Origin: an uncultured Ardenticatenaceae bacterium
GTDB lineage: Bacteria; Chloroflexota; Anaerolineae; Promineifilales; Promineifilaceae
Reading direction: 5' to 3'
Assembly (NCBI GenBank): GCA_964452775.1
Contig: CAYVQP010000009.1
Location: 7,289 to 71,288, forward strand
Length of the DNA stretch: 64,000 bases
A program made the translations under genes and the position numbers. This document shows positions 56,652 through 64,000 of this stretch, piece by piece. How positions within the stretch are numbered: the first letter of the stretch is position 1; the number at the start of each line of letters is the position of its first letter. The notes under the pieces were generated by a model, which was not told where the DNA came from, made no database searches, and was given only the letters and a program-made list of their open reading frames with translations.

Positions 56652-57653
56652 TTAGTTGGCTGATGGTCGCAGGATAGCTGGACCGGCGGCGATGTCCCGC
56701 CAGATTGCGCGCCCGCCCTTCAGGGCCACGCCGGCCAATACCAGCCAATGTAACCAGAGGGCGGTCTGTCTGCGATAGTGCTTATAGTAAAAAATGAGCA
56801 TGGCGCGATAAAACTCAATTTGCGCTCGCGGGTTTTGCCGGCTGGATGCGCGCTTAACATGCAGGACGGTTACCTCCGGATTATAGATCACTTTCCAGCC
56901 GCGATCCTTCATGCGCTTGGCCCAATCCAGGTCTTCGCCATACATCCAGAATTGTTCGTCCATCAAGCCAACTTCCTGAATGGCGTCGTCGCGTACCATC
57001 ATGAACGCGCCCACTACCGAGTCCACCTCGGCCAACTGATTTTCGTCAAGGTAGGTCAAGTTGTAGCGGGCAAAGCGTGGCGACTTTGGGAAGAGCCGGC
57101 TCAGGCCCATCATCCGGTAAACCAACGCGGACATGGAGTCAAAACCACGCCGGCAGGCCAGGTCCAGTTCGCCGGTTGGTAGAACCAACTTGGGACCCAC
57201 CACGGCAACCTCAGGATGCTCGTCCATGTAGGCGATTAACTTGACAAAGCCATCCGGCGGAACCTCCGTATCGGGGTTGAGCAGCAGGCTGTATCGGGGT
57301 GGGCTTGCGCTCATTGCCCCGAGCAGCAGTAACCCCTGATTGTTGGCCGCCGGGTAGCCCACGTTCTCCTTATTGGCTATCAACTTGACCGAGGGAAACT
57401 CGGCCCGCACCTTGGCGACGCTGCCGTCCGCGCTGGCGTTGTCAACCACGCAGATCTCCAGGTGGAGGGAATCCTGAGCGGCCAGAACGGACCGCAGACA
57501 CGCCCGCAGTAAGTCACATACGTTGTAATTGACGATCACAATCGCCAGATCGGGTCGTGCGGTCGGTTCCATATCAGATGCCGGAGCGGCTGCTTCACCG
57601 TGCCTGGTATCCCAGCCGGCTAGCGATTTTAGCACAGGGCCAGGAGGCCTCAA
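56652..57653 (-). CDS. Glycosyltransferase family 2
   Basis: LAIVIVNYNV, VDNASADGS and NPDTEV (DxD-like). ATG 57572 is an alternative start. Confidence 0.85.
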   Translation of the reverse strand: MRPPGPVLKSLAGWDTRHGEAAAPASDMEPTARPDLAIVIVNYNVCDLLRACLRSVLAAQDSLHLEICVVDNASADGSVAKVRAEFPSVKLIANKENVGYPAANNQGLLLLGAMSASPPRYSLLLNPDTEVPPDGFVKLIAYMDEHPEVAVVGPKLVLPTGELDLACRRGFDSMSALVYRMMGLSRLFPKSPRFARYNLTYLDENQLAEVDSVVGAFMMVRDDAIQEVGLMDEQFWMYGEDLDWAKRMKDRGWKVIYNPEVTVLHVKRASSRQNPRAQIEFYRAMLIFYYKHYRRQTALWLHWLVLAGVALKGGRAIWRDIAAGPAILRPSAN

Positions 57654-57809
57654 AGGTAAGCATAACGCGCTTGCTCCATGCCCGCCCCACTAATTGCTTG
57701 CGTTTGAGGTGCGAACAGGCAATGATAGCCAACGAGATGATCACACAGCAACGACGCCATGCAACGCCGGCGAGCGATTTGCTCCGGTGCGAGAGAGGAT
57801 AACCATCCG

Positions 57810-58460
57810 ATGTTATGGGCCGCATTCGGCAAGACGACCGGCGATCAGACAACCCTGGGCTTGTGTTCAACTGCCTTCGGAGATCTTCACACCCGAATCA
57901 GCGCAGTTGATCCGCTGATTTGGGCGCACTCGCCGGCCAACATTGCCCTTACCTATGATGTGTTGCCATTTGCCGACCAAGTATTCGATCAGGTGCTTGG
58001 CCGGCGGCTATCGCTGTCCGTCTTGGACTTGGACAGGTTGCTGAGCGAGATTGCGCGCGTGTTGAAGCCCGGCGGCCGACTGCTGATTGACGACTATCTT
58101 GCACCCGAAGCACACAAGCGCGGTGACGAGTGGGATGCCCGCTGGCTGAACGCGTTCCTTGGGTTGCGCGAGCTGAGTGTGACCGGAGTTGCCAGCCGGA
58201 GCGCCTGGTACAGCCTGCTTTTTCAGGCCGGCTATCAACTGGACGATGAATCAACCAGGCGGGAAAGTTTCGACTTTGGCGAGTGGACGGCGAGTCCTGC
58301 CCTTGACCCGGCCAACGCCATCCGGCTGAAGGCTATGTTGGTGCAGGCCCCTGCGCCGGTGAAGGCCTTCTTGACCATCGAGATAGGCGCAGATAGAATC
58401 GCTTTTTCATTGGTCGCGACCCAATTCAGGGCACGCAAACGAGATAGCCAGGCGCCATGA
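57810..58460 (+). CDS. Class I methyltransferase-like protein with degenerate SAM motif I
   Basis: Methyltransf_11-like ..LPFADQVFDQV...IARVLKPGGRLLIDDY... The usual VLDLGCGTG position reads TLGLCSTAFG. ATG 57810 has GAGAGAGGA upstream. Confidence 0.5.
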   Translation: MLWAAFGKTTGDQTTLGLCSTAFGDLHTRISAVDPLIWAHSPANIALTYDVLPFADQVFDQVLGRRLSLSVLDLDRLLSEIARVLKPGGRLLIDDYLAPEAHKRGDEWDARWLNAFLGLRELSVTGVASRSAWYSLLFQAGYQLDDESTRRESFDFGEWTASPALDPANAIRLKAMLVQAPAPVKAFLTIEIGADRIAFSLVATQFRARKRDSQAP

Positions 58461-58515
58461 TTGCCGGCCGGCGCACCGCCGGCCGGGTTCGCCAGTCAAT
58501 GTGCCGAGCAAGCGA

Positions 58516-59904
58516 ATGGGAATGAGTAGCAGAAAGTATCACTTTTGGATCACCGGCTGCCAGATGAACTATGCCGATGCCCGGCGCGTCGCCACGGAAC
58601 TGGAAAAGGTGGGTTACACGCCGACGCCGCGCGCCGAGGACGCAGACGTCATCGTCCTGGAAACGTGCACCGTCCGCCAGCAGAGCGAAGATAAGGCCTA
58701 CAATAAGCTGCACAGCCTGAAAGCGCTCAAGGAAAAGCAGCCTGAGTTGACCCTTGCCGTCATGGGTTGCGTCGTTGGCGTGCGCGGCAACGCCGCTCTG
58801 GAAGAGGCTTTCCCATTTGTTGACGTTTTCATGGAGCCTTCCAGCGACGGCGGCCCCCTATTGGCTCACCTCGGGCAAAGTTCGGCGCTGGCGCTGGAAC
58901 AGGAGCTGGACCGGCAGCGCCATGCCTGGCAGGATGGCGACGAGGTGTTGGCGCGAGCCGGCGGTCAGGTATCCGCGCCGGTTGCAGTCGTCTATGGATG
59001 TTCGCACGCCTGCACCTTTTGCATCATTCCTCAGCGCCGGGGCATAGAGCGCAGCCGGCCGGTCGGCGCAATTGCTTCCGAGGTGCGCTCGCTCGTCCGG
59101 CAAGGGGTGAAAGAAGTCGTCCTGCTCGGTCAAATTGTCGACCGCTACGGCTACGATGTGCTGGATGGCCCGGACCTGGCCGCCCTGCTCACGGTAGTCA
59201 ATGATATTGAAGGGCTGGAACGGATCCGCTTCCTTACCAGCCACCCGAACTATATGAGCGACCGGATTCTGCGCGCTGTGGCGGAGTTGCCAAAGGTGAT
59301 GCCGCAGATTGAGGTACCTATACAGGCCGGCGACGATGAGGTGCTGGCCAACATGAAGCGGGGCTACACAGCCGAGCAGTACCGCGAACTCGTGCACCGA
59401 ATTCGCGACATCGTGCCGGAGGCTGCGGTCAACTGTGACATCATTGTTGGCTTTCCCGGCGAAACCGACGCCCAGTTCCAGAAGACCTACGACCTGCTGG
59501 CCGAGCTGAAGTTGGACAAGGTACACCTGGCCCGTTACAGCCCCCGGCCCGGCACGGTCAGCGCCAGGCGGATGCCCGATGACGTGCCGGATCGAGAGAA
59601 GCGCCGGCGCTTCCACCTGATCGAAGAGTTGCAGCAGCGAATTTCTGAGGAAAAGAATCGCGCCTATTTGGGCAATACCACGGAGGTGCTGGTCGAGGGA
59701 CAGCGCAAGGGACGTTGGCAGGGCCGAAATCCGCAGGGCAAATTGGTCTTCTTCGACGATCCGCGATCGCTGCGCGGCAAGTTGGTGACCGTGAAGGTGG
59801 ACTATACCGGCCCCTGGAGCCTTTCGGGCCGGCCCGTGGACAGCCTGGGCAACCAGCCATCGCCCGCCGCATCACTTTCTATTCCGCTGACTATGCTGGG
59901 ATAG
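58516..59904 (+). CDS. miaB: tRNA-i6A37 methylthiotransferase
   Basis: UPF0004 N-domain YHFWITGCQMN, radical SAM CSHACTFC, and a C-terminal TRAM domain. Exact start is uncertain (58501, 58516 or 58522). Confidence 0.9.
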   Translation: MGMSSRKYHFWITGCQMNYADARRVATELEKVGYTPTPRAEDADVIVLETCTVRQQSEDKAYNKLHSLKALKEKQPELTLAVMGCVVGVRGNAALEEAFPFVDVFMEPSSDGGPLLAHLGQSSALALEQELDRQRHAWQDGDEVLARAGGQVSAPVAVVYGCSHACTFCIIPQRRGIERSRPVGAIASEVRSLVRQGVKEVVLLGQIVDRYGYDVLDGPDLAALLTVVNDIEGLERIRFLTSHPNYMSDRILRAVAELPKVMPQIEVPIQAGDDEVLANMKRGYTAEQYRELVHRIRDIVPEAAVNCDIIVGFPGETDAQFQKTYDLLAELKLDKVHLARYSPRPGTVSARRMPDDVPDREKRRRFHLIEELQQRISEEKNRAYLGNTTEVLVEGQRKGRWQGRNPQGKLVFFDDPRSLRGKLVTVKVDYTGPWSLSGRPVDSLGNQPSPAASLSIPLTMLG

Positions 59905-59935
59905 CCAGGTGAACTTCTTGCAATGGTAGCGAAAT

Positions 59936-59976
59936 ACCCCGCAGGTGTTTTTGTCACCTGCGGGGTCTGTTTTTTG
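59936..59976 (+). terminator. Intrinsic terminator after miaB
   Basis: 12-bp stem ACCCCGCAGGTG/CACCTGCGGGGT, loop TTTTTGT, tail CTGTTTTTTG. Confidence 0.8.
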
Positions 59977-59993
59977 TTAGGGAGAGCACCGCG

Positions 59994-61364
59994 CTACGGG
60001 GCGGCAGGCTCCACCAGTACCTCCGGCGAGAAGAATCCGAGGCGGCCGTTGACGTCAATGGCCGCGATGCTCAAATAGTAGCGCTTGCTGGTGTCAAGGC
60101 CGGTGACCGCAATATTGCCGGCCTCTTCTGCCGAGACAAACTGGAAGCTGGGGTAATCAAAGGAGCCAACTTCGCGGAACGAAAGCGCATAGCCGGCAGC
60201 GACGGGATCGGTGGGCCAGGTGAGGATGAACGCGCCGGGATCGGCCATCGGGGTCACAGTTGGCGCGATCGGTCGGCCGGGCGCGCCGGCATAGCTGGCG
60301 GCAGTGGCCACGTTCAGCGCAGTGACCCGGGCCAGATAGTCGTAATCCAGCTTCTCTGCCGTGTCCTGACTGTTGTGCTGAACGTCGGGGTCCTCAACAG
60401 ATTCGGTCAGGCGCACGGCGCCGACGCCGGCGTTAATGAACTCTCTGTGATCGCTCCAGCGCCCCTCGCGATCGAGCGCATTCTGAATGTCGACGACGAA
60501 GGTGGGTGTGTAAAGCTGGCTGACGTAGGCCATGTAGCGGGCGACTTCGAGGGAAGGGGAGTTATCAGGGCCGGGAGCAAACACGCGAATCGATCTCGGT
60601 ATGCCCGGACGGCCTCCAATAATGTCACTGTTGATGACCGCATCAAATTGCATCCCGTCCAGCATGGAGGTCTGCACGTAATTGAAGCTCCCATAGGAGC
60701 CCAATTCCTCAGCAGCAAAGGCGACGAAGATGATCGTTTGATTCCAGTTGCGGGAGCTGAGCAGGCGCGCAGCTTCTAGCAACATGGCCACGCCGGAGGC
60801 ATTGTCGTTAGCGCCCGGCGCCCGGCTGAATGGGTCGTCGGGATCAATGCTTCGCGAATCATAGTGGGCGGTGAACACAATGACGCCGGGGTGCGTTCCT
60901 ATCCCCGGCAGGGTGGCGACAATGTTCTGTTGCGGCGACACCAGACCGTTGTAGTTCATTTCGAAGTCTTGCATACGCACCTGCAAGCGCCCGCCGCCGA
61001 CTCGCTCAAATTCATCGAATATCCAGTTTCTGGCGGCGCCCACGCCGTAATCAGGCCGGCCGGTCTCGCTCAACGGGTGCCGGGTGCCAAACCCTTCCAG
61101 TGTCTGCACATAGCCCAGGAGTTGCTGCGTGGAGACGTTGTTGACCAGGGTGGCGATGTCCGGGTCAATTGCCGGGGCAATATCCGTTGACGGATTTGTG
61201 ACCAGTTCCAGAGATTCGAAGTCAATGGCAGCTACCGGCGCAGGCGGGGGAGTTGGAATCACAGGTGGACCCGGCGGATCCAGCAGCGCACAACCGCCGC
61301 CGAACAGCACAACCAGGAGGAACAGCAATAGAATCTTGGCGCGCATAGCGTAATTGACCATCAC
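59994..61364 (-). CDS. M28 family aminopeptidase lipoprotein with C-terminal fibronectin type III-like domain
   Basis: Signal LLLFLLVVLFGGGC. M28 core HYDSRS...GANDNASGVAMLLEAARLL, FVAFAAEELG. The C-terminal ~90 aa are FN3-like. ATG 61346 is the likely true start. Confidence 0.8.
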   Translation of the reverse strand: MMVNYAMRAKILLLFLLVVLFGGGCALLDPPGPPVIPTPPPAPVAAIDFESLELVTNPSTDIAPAIDPDIATLVNNVSTQQLLGYVQTLEGFGTRHPLSETGRPDYGVGAARNWIFDEFERVGGGRLQVRMQDFEMNYNGLVSPQQNIVATLPGIGTHPGVIVFTAHYDSRSIDPDDPFSRAPGANDNASGVAMLLEAARLLSSRNWNQTIIFVAFAAEELGSYGSFNYVQTSMLDGMQFDAVINSDIIGGRPGIPRSIRVFAPGPDNSPSLEVARYMAYVSQLYTPTFVVDIQNALDREGRWSDHREFINAGVGAVRLTESVEDPDVQHNSQDTAEKLDYDYLARVTALNVATAASYAGAPGRPIAPTVTPMADPGAFILTWPTDPVAAGYALSFREVGSFDYPSFQFVSAEEAGNIAVTGLDTSKRYYLSIAAIDVNGRLGFFSPEVLVEPAAP

Positions 61365-61551
61365 CTGGACAATGGATCGATCTCAATCATCTTGAGAACC
61401 GGCGTAACCAATCTGGCTAGAATTTTACTCGCCTCACTCTACGTCCGGGAGGCGACACTTCTCGAAGCAATGGTCGGGATAATCAGTCCAATTCCGAACG
61501 ATTACAATTTTGGAAGTGAGCCGCCCACTTAGGTCTCCTGGTACAGCCTCC

Positions 61552-61595
61552 CAAGACGTCGTGGACCGGGTGCGGTCCGGCGCCCAGACGTCTTG
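61552..61595. other. Nested perfect palindrome in a long intergenic region
   Basis: CAAGACGTC (61552-61560) pairs with GACGTCTTG (61587-61595), enclosing GGACCG-GGTG-CGGTCC. Confidence 0.45.
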
Positions 61596-61752
61596 ATTGG
61601 GCGACCATGCGCGCAGCCGGGATCGTTGCTATTATACCCACAAGCGATCGGAATCGAAGCTGCGGCGCTTGAGATTAATCGTGCGCCAACCCGCGAACTC
61701 GCCAAAGGGCTGCCCGGCCGCGACCCTTCGATCCCCTGGAGACCAGCGAGAC

Positions 61753-62325
61753 ATGAGCGCCGGACAAAATGAACGCGGCTTTTATCCACTGGCAAGATTG
61801 AGCGTGACGCCGTGGCGGCGCTCACTGTTGGAGGGCGTCCAGGGCGAAGTCTTGGAGATTGGAGTAGGGTCAGGGGCGAATCTGCCGCTGTACTCGACGC
61901 ATGCGCGGGTCACGGCGTTGGACAAAAACCCGGTCAGGCTGCGCAGGTTGGCCGCCCGGTATCCAAGTTCTAACCATCTGCTGGCGGATGCGATGTTTGT
62001 TCCATTGCCGGATGATGCATTTGACTACGTGGTCGGCGCCTTCGTGTTCTGCTCCATCGCCGACCCGGCTGTCGCTCTGAAGGAGGTCCGGCGCGTCCTG
62101 CGACCCGGCGGGCAACTTCTGTTGCTGGAACACGTTCGCGGCCTGCGGCCGGTTTCGCGCCGGCTGACGGAGTGGCTTCACCCCTTCTGGCTGCGGTTGA
62201 CACACGAGTGCCACCTTAATCGCCAGACCGCGATCACGGTGCAGGCGGCCGGCCTGCAAGTGCGGCGCACACAAAGCTATCTGGGCGGCCTGGTGCAGCG
62301 CATGGAGGCGATTTCGCCGGGCTGA
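61753..62325 (+). CDS. Class I SAM-dependent methyltransferase
   Basis: Motif I VLEIGVGSGANL, ..LPDDAFDYVV.., ..VLRPGGQLLLLEH... GGAGAC SD precedes ATG 61753. Confidence 0.8.
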   Translation: MSAGQNERGFYPLARLSVTPWRRSLLEGVQGEVLEIGVGSGANLPLYSTHARVTALDKNPVRLRRLAARYPSSNHLLADAMFVPLPDDAFDYVVGAFVFCSIADPAVALKEVRRVLRPGGQLLLLEHVRGLRPVSRRLTEWLHPFWLRLTHECHLNRQTAITVQAAGLQVRRTQSYLGGLVQRMEAISPG

Positions 62326-62373
62326 TTCGTCGCGCTGCTAAACGGCTGATACGGCGTTGGAAGGACTGAGAGC

Positions 62374-63147
62374 CTAACTCGGGCCGGTGGAGCGCAACCG
62401 CTTTTCTATAGCCCGGGCGTCCCTTTTCATGCGCGGCAACGCCGGCGAGTCCGGCGCTCGCTGAAGGTCTTCTTGTAGCCGGGGTAGCTCCTTTTCCAGC
62501 TTCACCAGTTCCATGTATGCCGGCTGGGCGTCGTCAACATGCCCCTCCGCTTCCAGCGACACACCCAGGTAGTAATAGGCTAACAGGCTTAGCTGCGGAT
62601 TGCCTATTTTCATAGTCGTTGCCAGCTCCAGTCGCGGAATGGCGCGGCCAAATTCGCCCAGTTGGAATAGAGTTGCTCCAACATAAAAGTGGTTAAGCGG
62701 GTCCTTTGGATTCAATTCGGCCGCTCGCTCAAACACCGGCAATGCCTCATCGAATCGCTCTTGCCAGAATAGCACTTGGCCAACTATGGAGTGATTCGTT
62801 GCTGCGTCCGGCTTTAACTCGATTGCCTTTCGACCATCCGCCTCTGCAGCGACATGGTCCGGCCTGGCAAAGTTAACGAGTGCGCGCACATAGTAAGCCT
62901 CCCAGCTATCGGGCCGGACAGCAAGCGCCTGATTTGCCTTTGCCAATGCGCCGTCAAGGTCGCCCCGCTTATACAGTTGGGCTGCCTGGTAGACGTGCGG
63001 AGGCATCAGCCGGCTACGCAAGCCATAAAGAATGACCATCCCGGCAACCAGCGCCAACGTCGTCAGCAGGATCTGCTGGGTCAGGAAAAACGTGATCAGC
63101 GCCAGGCCAAGAGGAATAATGTAGAGGAAATTGATCCGCTTATCCAC
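62374..63147 (-). CDS. TPR-repeat protein with two N-terminal TM helices
   Basis: N-terminal hydrophobic segments followed by 4-5 TPR-like 34-aa repeats (..AYYVRALVNF.., ..NHFYVGATLFQLGEFGRAI..). Confidence 0.7.
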   Translation of the reverse strand: MDKRINFLYIIPLGLALITFFLTQQILLTTLALVAGMVILYGLRSRLMPPHVYQAAQLYKRGDLDGALAKANQALAVRPDSWEAYYVRALVNFARPDHVAAEADGRKAIELKPDAATNHSIVGQVLFWQERFDEALPVFERAAELNPKDPLNHFYVGATLFQLGEFGRAIPRLELATTMKIGNPQLSLLAYYYLGVSLEAEGHVDDAQPAYMELVKLEKELPRLQEDLQRAPDSPALPRMKRDARAIEKRLRSTGPS

Positions 63148-63197
63148 GTATCCCTCCCCGCACGCAGCTACTGAGCGCCAGGCTCAATGTATTCACC

Positions 63198-64000
63198 CTA
63201 ACGGTAATCAACAAGTAACCCTCCATCAACCGGCAAACCCTCATGGCGCATTATCTTAAGGGCGTTCGTCGTCGGACACGGCCCCGGACGCAGGGTATAG
63301 TCAAACACCATGCGGTCGTCAGCAATTGAGTCGCGAAAATGGTAGTTGGTTATCGCCTCATGCTCCTCGGCCAGCGAAACTAGCTCCAGGTCGTGCGTCG
63401 AAACGACGCCCAGGCCGTTGCCGTCAACCAAAGCTCGAATGTAGGCGCTACTCCCGATCAGGCGCTCGCGATTGTTCGTCCCGCGAAAGATCTCGTCGAT
63501 GAGAAAGAATACCGGCCTGGGATCGTCCCGATACACCTCGTTCAGGAGCGCCTTCAGGCGTTTGACTTCCGCATAAAAATAAGAGATTCCATCTGTCACG
63601 GAGTCGGTCATTCTCACCGACGTAAACAGCCGGAAGTAGCGCGTGTGCAATTGCTCCGCGTTCACCGCGCCGCCGGCATAGGCCAGGCACAGATTGATGC
63701 CCAGCGTGCGCAGAAAGGTGCTCTTGCCGGACATATTGGAGCCGGTGATCAGCACCAGATCGCCTAACTCCAGCAAAGTGAAGTCATTGCAGGTTTTGAC
63801 TTCCTCGCTGATCAGCGGATGGCCGAGACTTTGGCCGGTAAATGGCGGGACAACGTCACCTTCCAGAAAATTGGGCAGCGAATAGTGGGGGTTCAGATAG
63901 TGCAGGGCCGCCAGGGAACCGGCCGCCTCCAGTTCAAACAACACGTCCAACCAAACCGGCGCGCGCAGGGCGAGCTCCTGCCGCAAACGATGTAGCCGGT
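63198..64000 (-). CDS. MutS-family ATPase, C-terminal domain V (5' part lies beyond the window edge)
   Basis: Walker A ITGSNMSGKSTFLRTLG, DEIFRGTN (Walker B region) and VSTHDLEL. The reading frame stays open to nt 64000. Confidence 0.8.
   Translation of the reverse strand, partial: RLHRLRQELALRAPVWLDVLFELEAAGSLAALHYLNPHYSLPNFLEGDVVPPFTGQSLGHPLISEEVKTCNDFTLLELGDLVLITGSNMSGKSTFLRTLGINLCLAYAGGAVNAEQLHTRYFRLFTSVRMTDSVTDGISYFYAEVKRLKALLNEVYRDDPRPVFFLIDEIFRGTNNRERLIGSSAYIRALVDGNGLGVVSTHDLELVSLAEEHEAITNYHFRDSIADDRMVFDYTLRPGPCPTTNALKIMRHEGLPVDGGLLVDYR

Noticed and set aside
61529-61825. 98-aa minus-strand ORF in the long intergenic region.
   Set aside because: It has no SD, an Arg/Ser/Pro/Gly-rich composition, and overlaps the start of the plus-strand methyltransferase gene. 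It is treated as non-coding.

Overview
GC-rich (about 60 percent by eye, not computed), densely coding bacterial chromosomal segment with about 55 protein genes on both strands. I could not recognise any rRNA, tRNA, CRISPR array, transposase, integrase, phage gene or canonical defence gene. Most of the content is core or housekeeping. From left to right: two convergent cell-envelope glycan operons (UXS-like SDR, Wzy/O-antigen-ligase-like proteins, GtrA, GT4, GT2, thioesterase, orphan ACP); rplY; a GT-C glycosyltransferase with a membrane-bound SpeE-like enzyme and DUF1461; an M23 peptidase; a fused formimidoyltransferase-cyclodeaminase; SppA; a TPP riboswitch driving thiN-thiB; rlmN; a complete SUF Fe-S locus (sufR and a DUF59 gene divergent from sufCBD-rhodanese-sufS-sufU-Rieske); a GyrA/ParC-family gene; a CSD protein and tpx; a peptide ABC SBP with two permeases; polX-cNMP/PP2C-SH3-ligA; the CIRCE-controlled hrcA-grpE-dnaK-dnaJ-prmA operon; EPS-priming genes; miaB; an M28 peptidase; methyltransferases; and a TPR protein with a MutS-family ATPase at the right edge. 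The gene styles suggest a Chloroflexota-like organism, but that is inference only. No clear novel multi-gene system stands out. The most unusual items are: (1) an orphan promoter-to-terminator unit of about 170 nt upstream of rplY, a candidate sRNA or leader; (2) a tightly coupled polX / cNMP-sensing PP2C phosphatase / SH3 protein / ligA string; (3) a clan GH-A-like ectodomain fused to a Wzy_C domain, with the nucleophile Glu apparently replaced; (4) a rhodanese translationally coupled inside the suf operon; (5) a type IIA topoisomerase A subunit with no GyrA box. All coordinates and motifs were read by eye. Homology calls come from remembered family signatures, not from searches.
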